Assembly: GCF_036321535.1 (NCBI RefSeq)
Contig: NC_087456.1
Location: 28,272,001-28,336,000 of the forward strand
Source: Camelus dromedarius
Lineage: Eukaryota
Length of the DNA stretch: 64,000 bases
Direction of reading: 5' to 3'
In this document: piece after piece, positions 35,281 to 47,480 of the stretch
Numbering within the stretch: position 1 is the first letter of the stretch
How the letters are laid out: every line of letters begins with the position of its first letter
Translations under genes and position numbers: made by a program
Notes under the pieces: model-generated
The model's database searches: none
The model's input: the letters and a program-made list of their open reading frames with translations, nothing else
Told to the model about the DNA's origin: nothing

Positions 35281-37243
35281 GCCTGAGGAGGAGTTTGTGC
35301 CCGTGGGAGGTTGACCCCGGTCAGGACAGCCCCTTTGCTGGGTCCCAGAAGCTGCCAGAGCTCACTTCGCCTGAGGAACGGGGAACGACTGTCCCCGACA
35401 GGCGGGGCCGCCCCAGCACAAGGCTGTTTGGAGCTGAGAAACGTCCGGAGCTGCAAGCACATTCCGTGTCGCCTGCGGGTGAGTGGCTCCGGCTTGTGCA
35501 GGCTGGAAATTCTCTTCCCTTCACCTGGGCGCATCCCCACCAGGAAGGGAGCCGCTCTGGGCGTATTGGGAGCCACCTGGGGTCCATCCTCCCCCGGAGC
35601 CAGGCCACTCTGGAAGCTTCCATCTGGGAGTGGAAGTGGCATTTCGGGGCTGCCCCTCATCTAACCTGTTTGAACTTTTGTTTGTGGGACCATGTTTGTT
35701 GTTTGCATGTGTGTATCTGTTCTTGGCCAGTTGAGATGCCTTTGGTGAGTAACAGGGCTCCCATGCGATGACACTAGGGTATCCTTCCTTGCATTGGCTT
35801 TGCTGTGGTAGTGGATTGCCTGTGGATTTTCCCTTTCTGGCCTTGGTCATTCATTCAGCCTCATCTCTGATGTGAATTGGCTGGGAATCCCCCTTTATGG
35901 GGTTAGGAAACTGTGACCATGAGAGGACGTTTTGAATTGTTGTTTGTTTGCTATTTGATAACATTGGCCATGAATAACTAAGAACGAACAATCAGAGGTC
36001 TGTTCCATCTTGTAGTTTCCCCAGGGTATATTTTGCAAAACTAGTAAATCTTCAGCTATGCTCCTGTAAATGAAAGGAAAATGTATTTTTAATTGTAACA
36101 CTGTGGGCTCAGTACTCCCTGGGATCTGGAGAACAATGGTCCCGTAATGGCTCTGCTGTTGCATCAAAGTGGGCCTCCTGCAAGCCCTGTGGCTCGTGTG
36201 TGTGTGCGCGCGCACATGTGTGTCTTCATACCTGAGTCCAAATCCTGTTCTCTTTTCCTGGTTTTGCTGAAAGTGAGGCACATGAATGTCACCAAATTTA
36301 TAGATATATTATTGTCTATTTGGGAAGTGAAAAAAAAAAAATCCCTGAATATAGCCAAGATGGTTGGGTTTTGTAAAAGCAGTTAGAAGAATTTTCGTTT
36401 CTCTTCCTGTGTCCTTGCAGTATAGATGATCTACCTGGTCTCTCAATGGAAGGAAAAAAAAAAGTTTTTATTTTTTTTAAACTCTAGCGGAAAAACTGCA
36501 AATCCTCTGGTTCTGTCTATATAAAAATTCACGTGTAAATGAGCTCTATGTAATTGACTTAAAAGTTAACTGCTTGTAAATTAAATACTTCTACATACAA
36601 AGAAGTGAGGGAGAACAAATTTCAGGTTCATGTAATCTAGGAAATACTCAATATTGAATTGATACCGAATATTAAAGCTACCTCAGGCTTGTTGGTATAG
36701 TAATATAGACGTGGCTTTTATCACACCTAGGTTTACTGAAAGTAAGTTCATGTTTCTGTTGCAGAGTGTCGTCAGCTGAAAGAAAAAAAATAACTTGGTA
36801 TGATGAAATTCTTGTAAGTTAAATGCAAATTTCGATGAGAGCTTTTGGGTGAACTCTTGAGAAATTATTGTTTTGGGAATGTCTACTTAAAAGTGATCTC
36901 TCCAGATATTTGGTAACTTGAAATTTTAGAGTTGTGCAAAATTAAGTTAAATGATAGAAGTTTATTGAGTAGTTCCATAGCTAGGTCATTCCCAAACAAA
37001 ACAAGGTATTGAAACATTCACTAGAAATTAAGATTTTTAAGAGTTGAGGATTCTAATGTAAATATGTAATTAAGGCTACTAGAAATAATGAAGGAAACAT
37101 TGCAGTGTACTGTGGGAAAGTAGAATAAATGTGTTGAGTGGAAAAAAAAAGGTATGAGGAATGGTACTGCATTTTGTTAACAGAAAAGGTGACTTGGTTC
37201 TAGAGCTGATTGTTTCTGGATGGAAGAAAAATAAGGGACAAAC

Positions 37244-37305
37244 TAATATGGATACAGAGTTTGTAGGTACAGAGTTTGTAGATAATATGGGTACAAGGTT
37301 TGTAG
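37244..37305 (+). repeat. Short imperfect tandem repeat (core gtacagagtttgtag, 3 copies)
   Basis: taatatggatacagagtttgtag / gtacagagtttgtag / ataatatgggtacaaggtttgtag. Confidence 0.75.
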
Positions 37306-37523
37306 AAAGGGAGCCCTAAAAAAAAAGAGTTCTGTGCATGGTCAGCCTGAGATCGAACTCCACTGCGTAAGTGGATTTTGTTATTAAAAGTCGACTGGTG
37401 CAGGACTAGATTTATTTCCTCTGTGAAGAGAACAAGTTTACTTAGAATGCTTTTTGACAATAGTGTGAAACTTCTTGATATTTTTGACAAACTTCCTATC
37501 AAATTCTAATTCAATGACTACAC

Positions 37524-39072
37524 TTTTTTGGTATGTATTTTTATTGAAGTATACTCAGTTTACAATGTTAACATCAGTTTCTGGTGTACAGCATAATGCT
37601 TCAGTCATACATGAACATACATATATTTGTTTTCATATTCTTTTTCACCATGTTACAAGATATTGAATATAGTTCCCTGTGCTATACAGTATGAATTTGT
37701 TTATCTGTTTTATGTATATTAGTATCTGCAAATCTTGAATTCCCAATTTGTCCCTTCCTACCCCACCCCTACCAACCATAAGTAGTTTGTTTTGTGAGTC
37801 TGCTTCTGTTTTGTAAATAAGTTTGTCCTTTTTTTTTTTTAGCTTCCACATATAAGTGATACTATATGGTATTTTCTTTCTCTTTCTGGCTTACTTCACT
37901 CAGAATGACACTCTCCAGGTCCATCCATGTTGCTGCAAATAGCATTATTTTATTCCTTTTTATGGCTGAGTAGTATTCCATTGTATAAATATCCCACAAC
38001 TTCTTTATCCAGTGATCTATCAATGGACATTTAGGTTGTTTCCATGTCTTGGCTATTGTATATAGTGCTGCTATGAACATTTGGTGCATGTGTGTTTTTG
38101 AATTAAGGTTCCCTCTGGATATATGCCCAGGAGTGGGATTGCTGGATCATAAGGTAAGTCTGTTTTTAGTTTTTTGAGGATTTCACATACTGTTTTCCAT
38201 AATGGCTGCACCAAACTATCTTCTCAACAGTGTAGGATGTTCCCTTTTCTCCACAGCCTCTCCATTTATCGTTTGTGGACTTTTTAATGATGGCCATTTT
38301 GACTGGTGTGAAATGATCTCTTTGTAGTTTTGATTTGCATTTCTCTGATAATTAGCGATATTGAGCATTTTTTCATGTGCCTATTGGCCATTTGTATGTC
38401 TTCATTGAATTGCTTGTTTCTGTCTTCTGATCATTTTTGGATTTTTTTTTCTTATTAAGTTGTATGAACTGTTTATATATTCTGGAAATTAAGCCCTTGT
38501 GTCAGTCTCATCTTTAGCAAATATTTTCTCCTATTCCATAGGTGGTTTTTTTTTGTTGTTTTGCTTACGGTTTCCTTTGCTGTGCAAAAGCTTATGTTTA
38601 ATTAAGTCCTGTTTGTGTATTTTTGCCTTTATTTCCATTGCTTGGGTAGATTGCCCTAGGAAAACATTGCTGGAATTTATGTTGGATAATGTTTTGCCTA
38701 TTTTTTTTTCTAAGAGGTTTATAGTATCTTGTCTTATGTTTACGTCTGTAAGCCATTGAGTTTTTGTGTATGGCGTAAGGGAGTATTCTAACTTCCTTGA
38801 TTTACATGCAGCTGTCCAGTTATCCCACCATTTGCTGAAAAGACTGTCTTTACCCCATTGGATGTTGTTGCCTCCTTCGTCAAAGATTAATTGACCAAAA
38901 GTTTATGGGTTTATTTCTGGGCTCTCTATTCTGTTCCATTGATCCCTATGTCTGTTTTTGTACCAATACCGTGCTGTTTTGATTACTGTAGCTCTGTAGT
39001 GTTGTCTGAAGTCTGAGAGGGTTATTTCTCCAGCTTCATTCGTTTTCTTCAGTATTGCTTTGGCAGTTCTGG
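37524..39072 (-). mobile_element. 5'-truncated LINE-1 (ORF2 3' end plus 3' UTR), inactivated
   Basis: Minus ORF 37862-38089 (MFIAALYTIAKTWKQPKCP..WIKKLW.IYTMEYYSAIKRN) is the L1 ORF2p C-terminus. Degenerate TSD aatgactacactttt (37513-37527) / aacgacgagactttt (39075-39089). Confidence 0.95.
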
Positions 39073-40992
39073 TAAACGACGAGACTTTTGACTTCAGCTA
39101 ACTTTGGGATACTTCGGAAGGCCCCTGAGACACGTCAGAGAAAAATATTTAACTAGGATTGGCTGGCATGTTGAATTGCATGGGAAGCATTGTCAAATGA
39201 GTGATAAGCCTCCTCAGATTATAGTGTGGTTAATGTTGATATGGATATCCTAAAACTACATAGTTTCTGAAATTTAGACATGTCCTGGCATAATGCTATC
39301 AGTCATGATTCCAGTTTTTACCGTAGGTTGTTGTGTCACAGCAACTTGATTAAGCTTATCGAAAACATTACCAGATCTTTTACTTTGCTTTTGGGCCTTC
39401 TGGCATCCATAGGTAATTGATGCTTTATAGGACTGTTTCATCTTCAAGATTTATAAAAAGGACTTTTGACAAGTACACTGCTGAGCTGGGTTAAGATATT
39501 TTAAATGTCTAATGTAAGATGACTTCATGGAACTGTTGGTAAAAGGAATTGATTGCATGGGATTGAGTGAACTAATTAATATGGTTGCAGTTTTTTTGGT
39601 TTTGTCTGAAATATTGCTGGCTTTTAATCGGTTTTCTAATTGAACTGTTTACCAAATGCTTGTTTCCCAATCAATATTGCCTCCAATGTTTAGAATAGAA
39701 AGAGAATTCTCTTTTCAGAGTATAACTACTCATGATGTATAAAAATGCCTGCTTTTTAAGACTCTTGCTAAAAAGCACATGTATGATGTTTGTAAACAAC
39801 TGGGTATAAGTGATAAAACATATGGCCTATAAAGTGTTTCCCCACTATCGTACCTTATTAGTTTACCCCAACGTGGCAAATATAAAGGAGGCCTAGCACT
39901 GAGGGACATGATCTAAACCTGGGGCAGGAGACACCACCCCAGCATTGAGGGACAGATATTTTGATCATTAATGCTTTTTACTGAAAGATTTATAATTAAA
40001 AGGGGAAATGATGAAAAAATCTGCACATACTGAGGTATGGGGAAGTCATTATGGCTTATGTGTGGTTTGACCTAAACTTTACTGACCAAAGAGGCCTGTT
40101 TTATGGCCCCTTAGACATGCACTGTACATCTGTTTTGGCCTTCAGGAGGGGAATGCATTTCAAAGTCAAAGCAGAGTAGCCGTGGTTGAAACATCAAAGG
40201 TGAAGCTGGGTGGCCATCTTGGGGGCGACTGCAGGCACGTCTGTCCTGCTGAGAACTCACTTTGCTGTGTGATACTCGGGGTGCCACCAGCCATCCTCAG
40301 TGTCCGCTGGCAGATGGCAGCTGCACCCTTATGACCTCAAGGTCTTCTGTAACTACTTTTGGACAACAAATTGTTTTAGATCAGAATTTAGCAAAAAAAA
40401 GGAGATGTGTGTAGAGCCAACTGATAGCTCTTGTTATATATCTGTTAATACCACATCAAAAGTTAAAACCTACTCAGATAAAAGTAGACAACCGGTTACC
40501 TGGCTACAAGTCTCCCCCAGATTGCCAGGTCTAGACTGGTTTTCAGGCTTACTCTCCTGACTTGCGCAGGGAATGAGCTCTTGGATCTAGGACTTGGAAC
40601 TTGGGAATATTTCCAGTTGGGGTCCACTTCCCAAACTGAGGTAAGACTACATCCCATTTCAGCAGGTAGTAGCCAGTGTGATCACTGCCCCCACCCCACT
40701 CCCTGAAAGATTTGGGGAAGGATGAAGTATTTGTTTCAACTTTTACATGAGTATGATAATGAGAAATAAGGGTATAAGGGATATTTACAATCCTTAGTAA
40801 TCCTGAAATTATGCTTTGCCTAACATTTTCCCTCACTGATAGCCTAAGTTTTCATACATATAAATTTTTCACTTCTCTCTCCCTTTTTTTTTTTTTTAAA
40901 TTACAGGAAGAAACAAAGACATGAACAAACTCATACAGGTGCACTTTAAACAGGATAACTTCCTTAAATAACTGAAAACAGTCTTGATCAGT

Positions 40993-40998
40993 TTTATT
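40993..40998 (-). terminator. Candidate KCTD3 poly(A) signal
   Basis: tttatt on + is AATAAA on -, about 1.16 kb after the stop codon. A second copy lies at 41071-41076. Confidence 0.55.
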
Positions 40999-42158
40999 TG
41001 ACTTAATTGATAAATAAATACAGGAGAATGGTTATAAAACCACTGGCAATATAGTAAACTTTTTAAAGAATTTATTTTGACTTCACCCACTTATATTTCT
41101 CAGAATGGGAATATATACATTATCACCAATAAATGCTTAATGCTTTAAATTTACAATTCCTTATTTGCAGGAAGTTGGAAATCATTCCAATTAAATGAAA
41201 AAAAAATAATTTGTTCCTGTAATTCAAAATATATTTAAAATAACACTTTTACAGCAGTCAAAATCTTAAACCAAAAATTTAGAACAGCACTCTAAGTGTA
41301 ACAAAACAGCCACATCCTAATTTAATTACTTTGATTATTAACAGAGTGAGAAAAAAATACGTGGCTCTAAAAAAAAAAACAAAAAACCAGGCCGACTAAC
41401 AACTGGTACAGGTTTCCTTTCTGGGCACTCTAAGCTTTGTCTTTGTTATTTTTGTTTTTCATTTGTTCAAACACAGACAACTGCACCAACTTTAAAGAAG
41501 GTGTAAATGGACTTTTGACATTTAATACCAGTGATGCTGGCTAAGATTTAAGAACTCCAATAATGAGAATCAGAAAATAATGACAATTAAAATAAAATTA
41601 TCCCAAAGGACTTACTACTACATAGTGTAATCTGGTATTCAACATCAATAGTGTTTTTGAATTATATGATTTTTTTCACAAACATAGCACCTCATTAAAT
41701 ATCTGGTAAACACTTTGCAATCACAATACGGGTTGGGAGACTAAGTTCCAAAGAGAACTATGTAGTTTGCGTAACACAACACTGCAAGACAAATCTCAGG
41801 CAAACAATCAAGATTAGGAACGCGGTCTGTTGGTTCCCACACTCAACGGGACGCTCACCTACATGGGCGCCATCTTAGTAAGACGTGGTACCACACGCCC
41901 CAACTCCACAGAGTAGATAAACACCGAAATGGACTCTTGCCTTACAAATGATCTGTTAACTGTGCTTGTGAAACTAAAAAAATTTTCCAAAAGATCCGAA
42001 GAGATAATGGTTATTTTATCTCCCTACCCCAGGTAATTCTGTTAAAAAGATACTAAATGAAGTCCAATCTTAAGTTTGTAAAGTTTTGGTGTAAAAGCTA
42101 AAGCCAGTAAACTGTAACTCATTTAAATTAATGACAGGACGACTCATTTTGCTGCATG

Positions 42159-42723
42159 CTACAAGCTGTACTCTTGACCTGAAGAGTCACTCTTTCTGTG
42201 CCGAGGAGACGGGGTAGTTTTTGTAGGAGACGGGGACGCAGTACCAGGCGAGTCGGTTCCTCCGTCAGAAGTACTTGGTGATGATGCCAGATAGGGAACC
42301 TTCTTTCTGCCAAGGAAACCTCCTCCGTCAAACCCTCCTCCTTTCTTCCGTAACTCCACTTTATTTTCATTTTCATCTTCTGATGACCTTTTCTTGGAGT
42401 CTAGAAAACCTTCAGCTGTTTTATGTACCTCCACTCCACTATCTGATTCTCTCAAACTTTTACCTTCTGTTCCAGGAGACCTTCTCTCAGACATATTACA
42501 TTCCCCTGTTGCCCGTTTTACTTCGGCTTGTATTGGACCCAAGTTACCATTTTCAGGGACAGCTCTTTCTATATTTCTGTTCAAATTAACAGTCTGGAAA
42601 TCCCTGTAACTGTGAAAGCTCTCAGTCCTCCGTGCTCTTGCTAACAAAGGACTTTCCCTGTAAGGCCTCATGGAACCGTAAGTAGCTGCTTCATGGATGG
42701 TTTCATTGTGCTGAAGCTGAAGA
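42159..42723 (-). CDS. KCTD3: KCTD3 terminal coding exon
   Basis: tttcag|TCTTCAG...; translates [42 protein letters not shown]...[10 protein letters not shown]; TAG stop at 42161-42159. Confidence 0.97.
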
Positions 42724-43478
42724 CTGAAATACAGTTTTTAAAAATCACAGTTTACTTTTTTTGGATTTCTCAGGGGCACATCTTATTAAACTACCAATGA
42801 AAACATATATAAATATATAAATACTGTACCATATACAAAGAATACTACATCCTTATTTATACACATAAAAATATTTTAAGCACTCCACATACCGTATGTG
42901 TGTAAAATTAACAATGCAAATAATACCATACATCTATTCATAGTGATGCTAGATTTTTGAATAGCTAAAAAAAGCTGGGGGGGAAACCTTTTAAAACCAA
43001 TGTGGAAACAATGTAATTTCAGTATCTGGACCTTAGTTCAGATTTTGGAATTTTTTAAAAAGTATGATTAAAGATATACTGTGTCATTGCATTAGAAGTA
43101 CATAATGCCTAAGTAAAAGATTAGACAAGATGATGTATAATCATTTTGATTACTATGTCCCTGAGGCAACAGGAACAAAAGGTCCACATACCATCTAAGG
43201 TGACATGTGATTTTTCTCATTTCCTTTGAATGAATTCTCGATCATATAATAGGCATCCACATTGACAGCAATTCACAAAATAAAGAACAAAAAACATTTT
43301 TCTATGAAAAGAATTAGATATGCATGTAGATAAGCTATTTAGTAAAAATTTTTTTAAAAACTGAGTATCAAAGTCTGAATTAAAAATGTACTTTGAAAAA
43401 TCTGGCTTTCCAGAACTACATGATTATGTTATCACAGCCAATCTTCCCAAAAGCAATCAATTCAGTTCTTTGACCTAC

Positions 43479-43617
43479 CTAGAACTTGATTCCCGAAGCC
43501 GGCTGTGCTGAACCACAGACGTGGCCGGGCTGATGTTGGGAGTAGCACAACGAGATGTGCTCAGATCACACTGATCCAGCAATTTAAGCAGCTCTTCTTC
43601 AGTGGGACCTCCTACGT
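43479..43617 (-). CDS. KCTD3: KCTD3 coding exon, 139 bp
   Basis: cctaag|ACGTAG...TCTAG|gtaggt. Translates [45 protein letters not shown]. Confidence 0.97.
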
Positions 43618-43695
43618 CTTAGGAAAGCATACAGTCATTACAGTCTTATGTCAAAAGCCCACCCTGTGACGAACAACTTTCCATATGGAACCTAC

Positions 43696-43880
43696 CCTTT
43701 TCCTCACTTTTGTTAACCATGTCCATGGCAGTGGTCAGATCCCACATCTGAATGCTGCCATTGGTGTGGCCTGTGAACAAGTAGCGCCTTGGCCTTGAGC
43801 CCATCCTGCTGGAGCCCTCACACTCTCTCACTGTAAATGAGGATATTGTAGTACAGTCAACAGCCTGGATCTCACAGATT
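43696..43880 (-). CDS. KCTD3: KCTD3 coding exon, 185 bp
   Basis: ttgcag|AATCTG...AAAGG|gtaggt. Translates [61 protein letters not shown]. Confidence 0.97.
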
Positions 43881-46449
43881 CTGCAAAAGATATCGTAGAG
43901 TTATAAACCACAGGGAACAAATGACATTTTATCATTCAGATTTTTTAAATTACTTGGTTATTTGCAGAGTTATAGCTTAATTATTCCATGTATATAAAAC
44001 AGATTTAAAGGGATCAGAGAAAGTCAACAGGAATAAAAGTCAAGCTTTATTTTCTTGGAATCTAGAGAAAATAACTCTTATAAAACAATGTATTAAATAA
44101 CTTAAATAGGGCAAATAATTTAAATCAAACTTATAAGAAAATTAGGAAGAGCCTTGATGCAAACTGAGCAATTCCTTAAAAGGAAGTTATGAAACTAAAA
44201 GCACAGAAAGAAACAAAGCAAGCAGACATCGTACTCTAGAAACATTTTGAGAAATCGTTTAAAATTTCTGTGAAAATTTAAAAAATCTAAAACCAGAAAA
44301 AAGGTATAGCTGTATGGAGAGGTCTAAATATAATCTTCCAATAGGTTAATACTCCTTAATTTTTAAAACCATTGATTTGCATAAAAAGATAAAAGAATCT
44401 GTCAAAGAACAATTGTCCACATTTGACAAATGAGGAAACCAAGAAATAATGTCACTAAATGATGTGCCAAAGTCACACAGATGGGTTAACAGAATTGTAC
44501 TTGATTGAATCATTTGTCCCAGTGAACTTCAGAACAGTTAAGGAGACTTATTAAAGAAAAAAAAAGAATTAAAAACAGTGCCAGGCAAATGCAAGATCAG
44601 AAAATAAACAGGAAGTGAAATCTGTAGTAATGTGAGCAGCACAGGAACGGAATATGAAGCTGAACTCTGAGGAAGTGAAGCCCCGCAATGCCCACAGCGA
44701 CACAGGCTAGCCTTTCAGCACAAGGTTTGCCACAATTATTTCTGCAGATATTGTTTCTCAGATTAGAGAATTTACCCTTTATTAAGTGCTAGGACTGCTT
44801 TTTTTTTTTTTTAATCAAACTGTCAAATGTTTTTCCTCTGTTTATCAAGATCATTTTCTCCTTATTTTTGTTAATGTACTGAATTACATTTATTTCTCAA
44901 CAATATCTGTGCATTGACAAATATATTTTTTAAAAATCTCGACTCCTGTCTACTTAAGAGTCACCTCTCTCCGTATGTGGAGCCCACAGATGCAGAGGGC
45001 TGACAGTACTACACCAGTTTTTAAGATACCTGAGCGTGGGAGATTTTGGTATTCACTGGAGGGGGGCATCCAGTCCTGAATACACAGGGCAGATTGTAAA
45101 TCAAAATTAATAAAACAAAATAAGCCTATTTGCATGAAAACAAGCATACATGATTTGGGTCTTTTAATTTTTCCTATGGGACAGATTCCTTAGAATTAAA
45201 ACTTCCTTTAAAACTTTTTTTTTTAACATGTTTTTTTCCCTGTCCACTTTTAATAAAACCATTTCACTTCTCACTATTAAGAACCTGAACTGTCTTTAAA
45301 CAGAAAGCTTTGCTTCACATTATCTTCATAAGGGGCTGACTTCCTATTAAGGGTCTGAGTTCCTACTTAATTTTACAAAGTAATTTGTAATTTTTGGGGG
45401 GGTTAGGGAGGGAGATAAACCCTAAGGGCCTGGATTTTAATGAGAGACAAAAATCTCCAGCATGGTTCCTTGGCTTAATATTTTTACAACTCTAGCTTTT
45501 CCTCTGGAATCTTAAATTTAAAAATTGTGAAACTTGTTTTATCATGCAGAAATTGCAGTTAATTACAACAGACTGCTACTGTTTGAAGTTAATGGAAAAT
45601 TACTTAGGGACAGAACAACACTAGCGAGGACATCAGAATTAAACAAGAATATGAAATAGTACATTGTTAGAGGATGTTGTTTTAACATCAGGCTTAATAG
45701 AAATTTGGTAGCTTCTTCACCTAATAGGCCCACAACACTAAGTCACAGTAATGCATTTCTCAAAATAAAAATTTGGTCTCGAACTATACAGGTTCCTAAT
45801 ACATTTTCTTAAAAATAACAAAAAGATAGCTTACTACATAAAAATCATTAATGGAATCAATTCATTTAACAATTGCTGATGACTAGGAATTTTACTTTTT
45901 TCACTTTCGACATGAAAAAAATATTGTTTTTGAAGAGGAGAAATGTTACAGTTCATATGTTTGAGGCTATATAAGGCTATAAATAATTTTAAAAGAAATA
46001 AAATTTTAGTCAAATGGAAAACAGGAAACTAACTTCTACTGAGCATCTATTATAGTCAGGGATTACAAAAGATGTTTTTCATGTGTTTTGCTCATTTTAT
46101 CCAGTGAAATCTTGCCAAGGTAGTTGAACTTTATAAAGTAACTGAGGCTCAGAGAAATGAAGTAATTTCTGGTGAATTTACATAGCTAGTAGCAGGAAGT
46201 GCAGAATTAGAATTTAACTCGACCGCCTGCCATCAAATGCACTGCGTGCGTGTTCTATCCTATCACTAGTCCCTCCCGACTATCCACAGCATCAGTGAAA
46301 ATCTTAAGTAGATCCTAGAGAATTAGCACTAAGTATACTGTTTTAAGTTAAAACAACCACAAGGTAAAGAACAGGCTTCTCTCTCAATAATTTGTTCCAT
46401 AAAACAAAAGCGAATTCTGAATAGAAGTACCTTTACAGTAAAGTGTTAC

Positions 46450-46546
46450 CTTTTCCCAGTAGATGAGAGTCTTACGAACAGTTTGTTAGTGATGGGAACA
46501 ACTTTTTGGATAAACACCTGTTGATCATCTCGCTCTCCAAAAGGCC
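46450..46546 (-). CDS. KCTD3: KCTD3 coding exon, 97 bp
   Basis: accaag|GGCCT...AAAAG|gtaaca. Translates [31 protein letters not shown]. Confidence 0.96.
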
Positions 46547-47269
46547 CTTGGTCAGAAAACAGAAAATGTCAAAAGTTAACTAAAAGTTAATTGGTTTCAT
46601 TTAACAAAAGGAACATTAATATAAATATTGAAAAAAGATTTTTTATGCCAATCAATACAGCACTGCATTCCATGTCAAAGTCAGACACAAAATGTGCTGC
46701 TGCAAGTACCTGCATCAGAAATTTTCAGAAAATACAGTATTTCAAAACTACATTTTATGCAGTAAGGCTATAAAAGCTGAAGGCAATACTCTGCTTGAGA
46801 TTGTGCACTGAAAGCACTAGGAGACTTGTTCAAGTAAAAGTTCTGCATTTACTCTTTCAGAAGGTGCTCAGTTACTAACTTCAAAAAAGGGATATATAAG
46901 GTTACTTTATGTATTGTTATTTTTTGAAAAGCTAACATGCAAAATCTTAAATAAAATGCAACTTCATCAGAGCCTGTTGTACCCTGCAAGGAATTTAATC
47001 TAAAACATTCAATTATTTTTACTTTATTGCACTTGGCAAGGCAGGTAAATGGCTCGTATGTTTTCAGAAAGAGTCTGAACAACAGTATAAAAAGTGTTTT
47101 CATGCAAAACTTAAACATGAAATTTTAGTAATTCCCTTTTCCTGCCATACTCATTAGCTAAATACCAACTCTATATTCACAAAAAGTAAGTGATCTATGG
47201 CATAATTTTTAAAGACAGTATATTCCAAGTTATCTTATGTGAATCATACTTAATATAACAATAACATTT

Positions 47270-47480
47270 TTATTAGTTAGCAAATACTGAGGCTTACTAT
47301 GTGCCACAGTAAATGCTTTACAAATCATTCATTTTAATCATCATAATAACCATACAAGGGATGCATTATTATCTCCATTTTACAGACAAGAAAACTAAGG
47401 CATCAAGAAGTTAGTTAATGATCTCTTAAGTCCCACTTGATGAACCAGAATTTGAACCCAAGCTGTCTGGCTTTTCACTA
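47270..47480 (-). mobile_element. MIR SINE
   Basis: tactatgtgcca...ccattttacagacaagaaaactaaggcatcaagaagttagttaa...atttgaacccaagctgtctggc. Confidence 0.75.

Noticed and set aside
35313-35328. TGACC..GGTCA nuclear-receptor-like palindrome
   Set aside because: Everted orientation with 2-nt spacing, so not an estrogen response element, and no supporting context.
35205-35850. Several overlapping 100-160-aa ORFs next to the LTR
   Set aside because: No gag, pol or env motifs. They are open on both strands because of high GC content.
43830-43837. TTTACAG|TG acceptor-like site inside the KCTD3 185-bp exon
   Set aside because: The true acceptor is 50 nt further upstream (needed for [16 protein letters not shown] and for frame continuity). 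The internal site has a poor pyrimidine tract.
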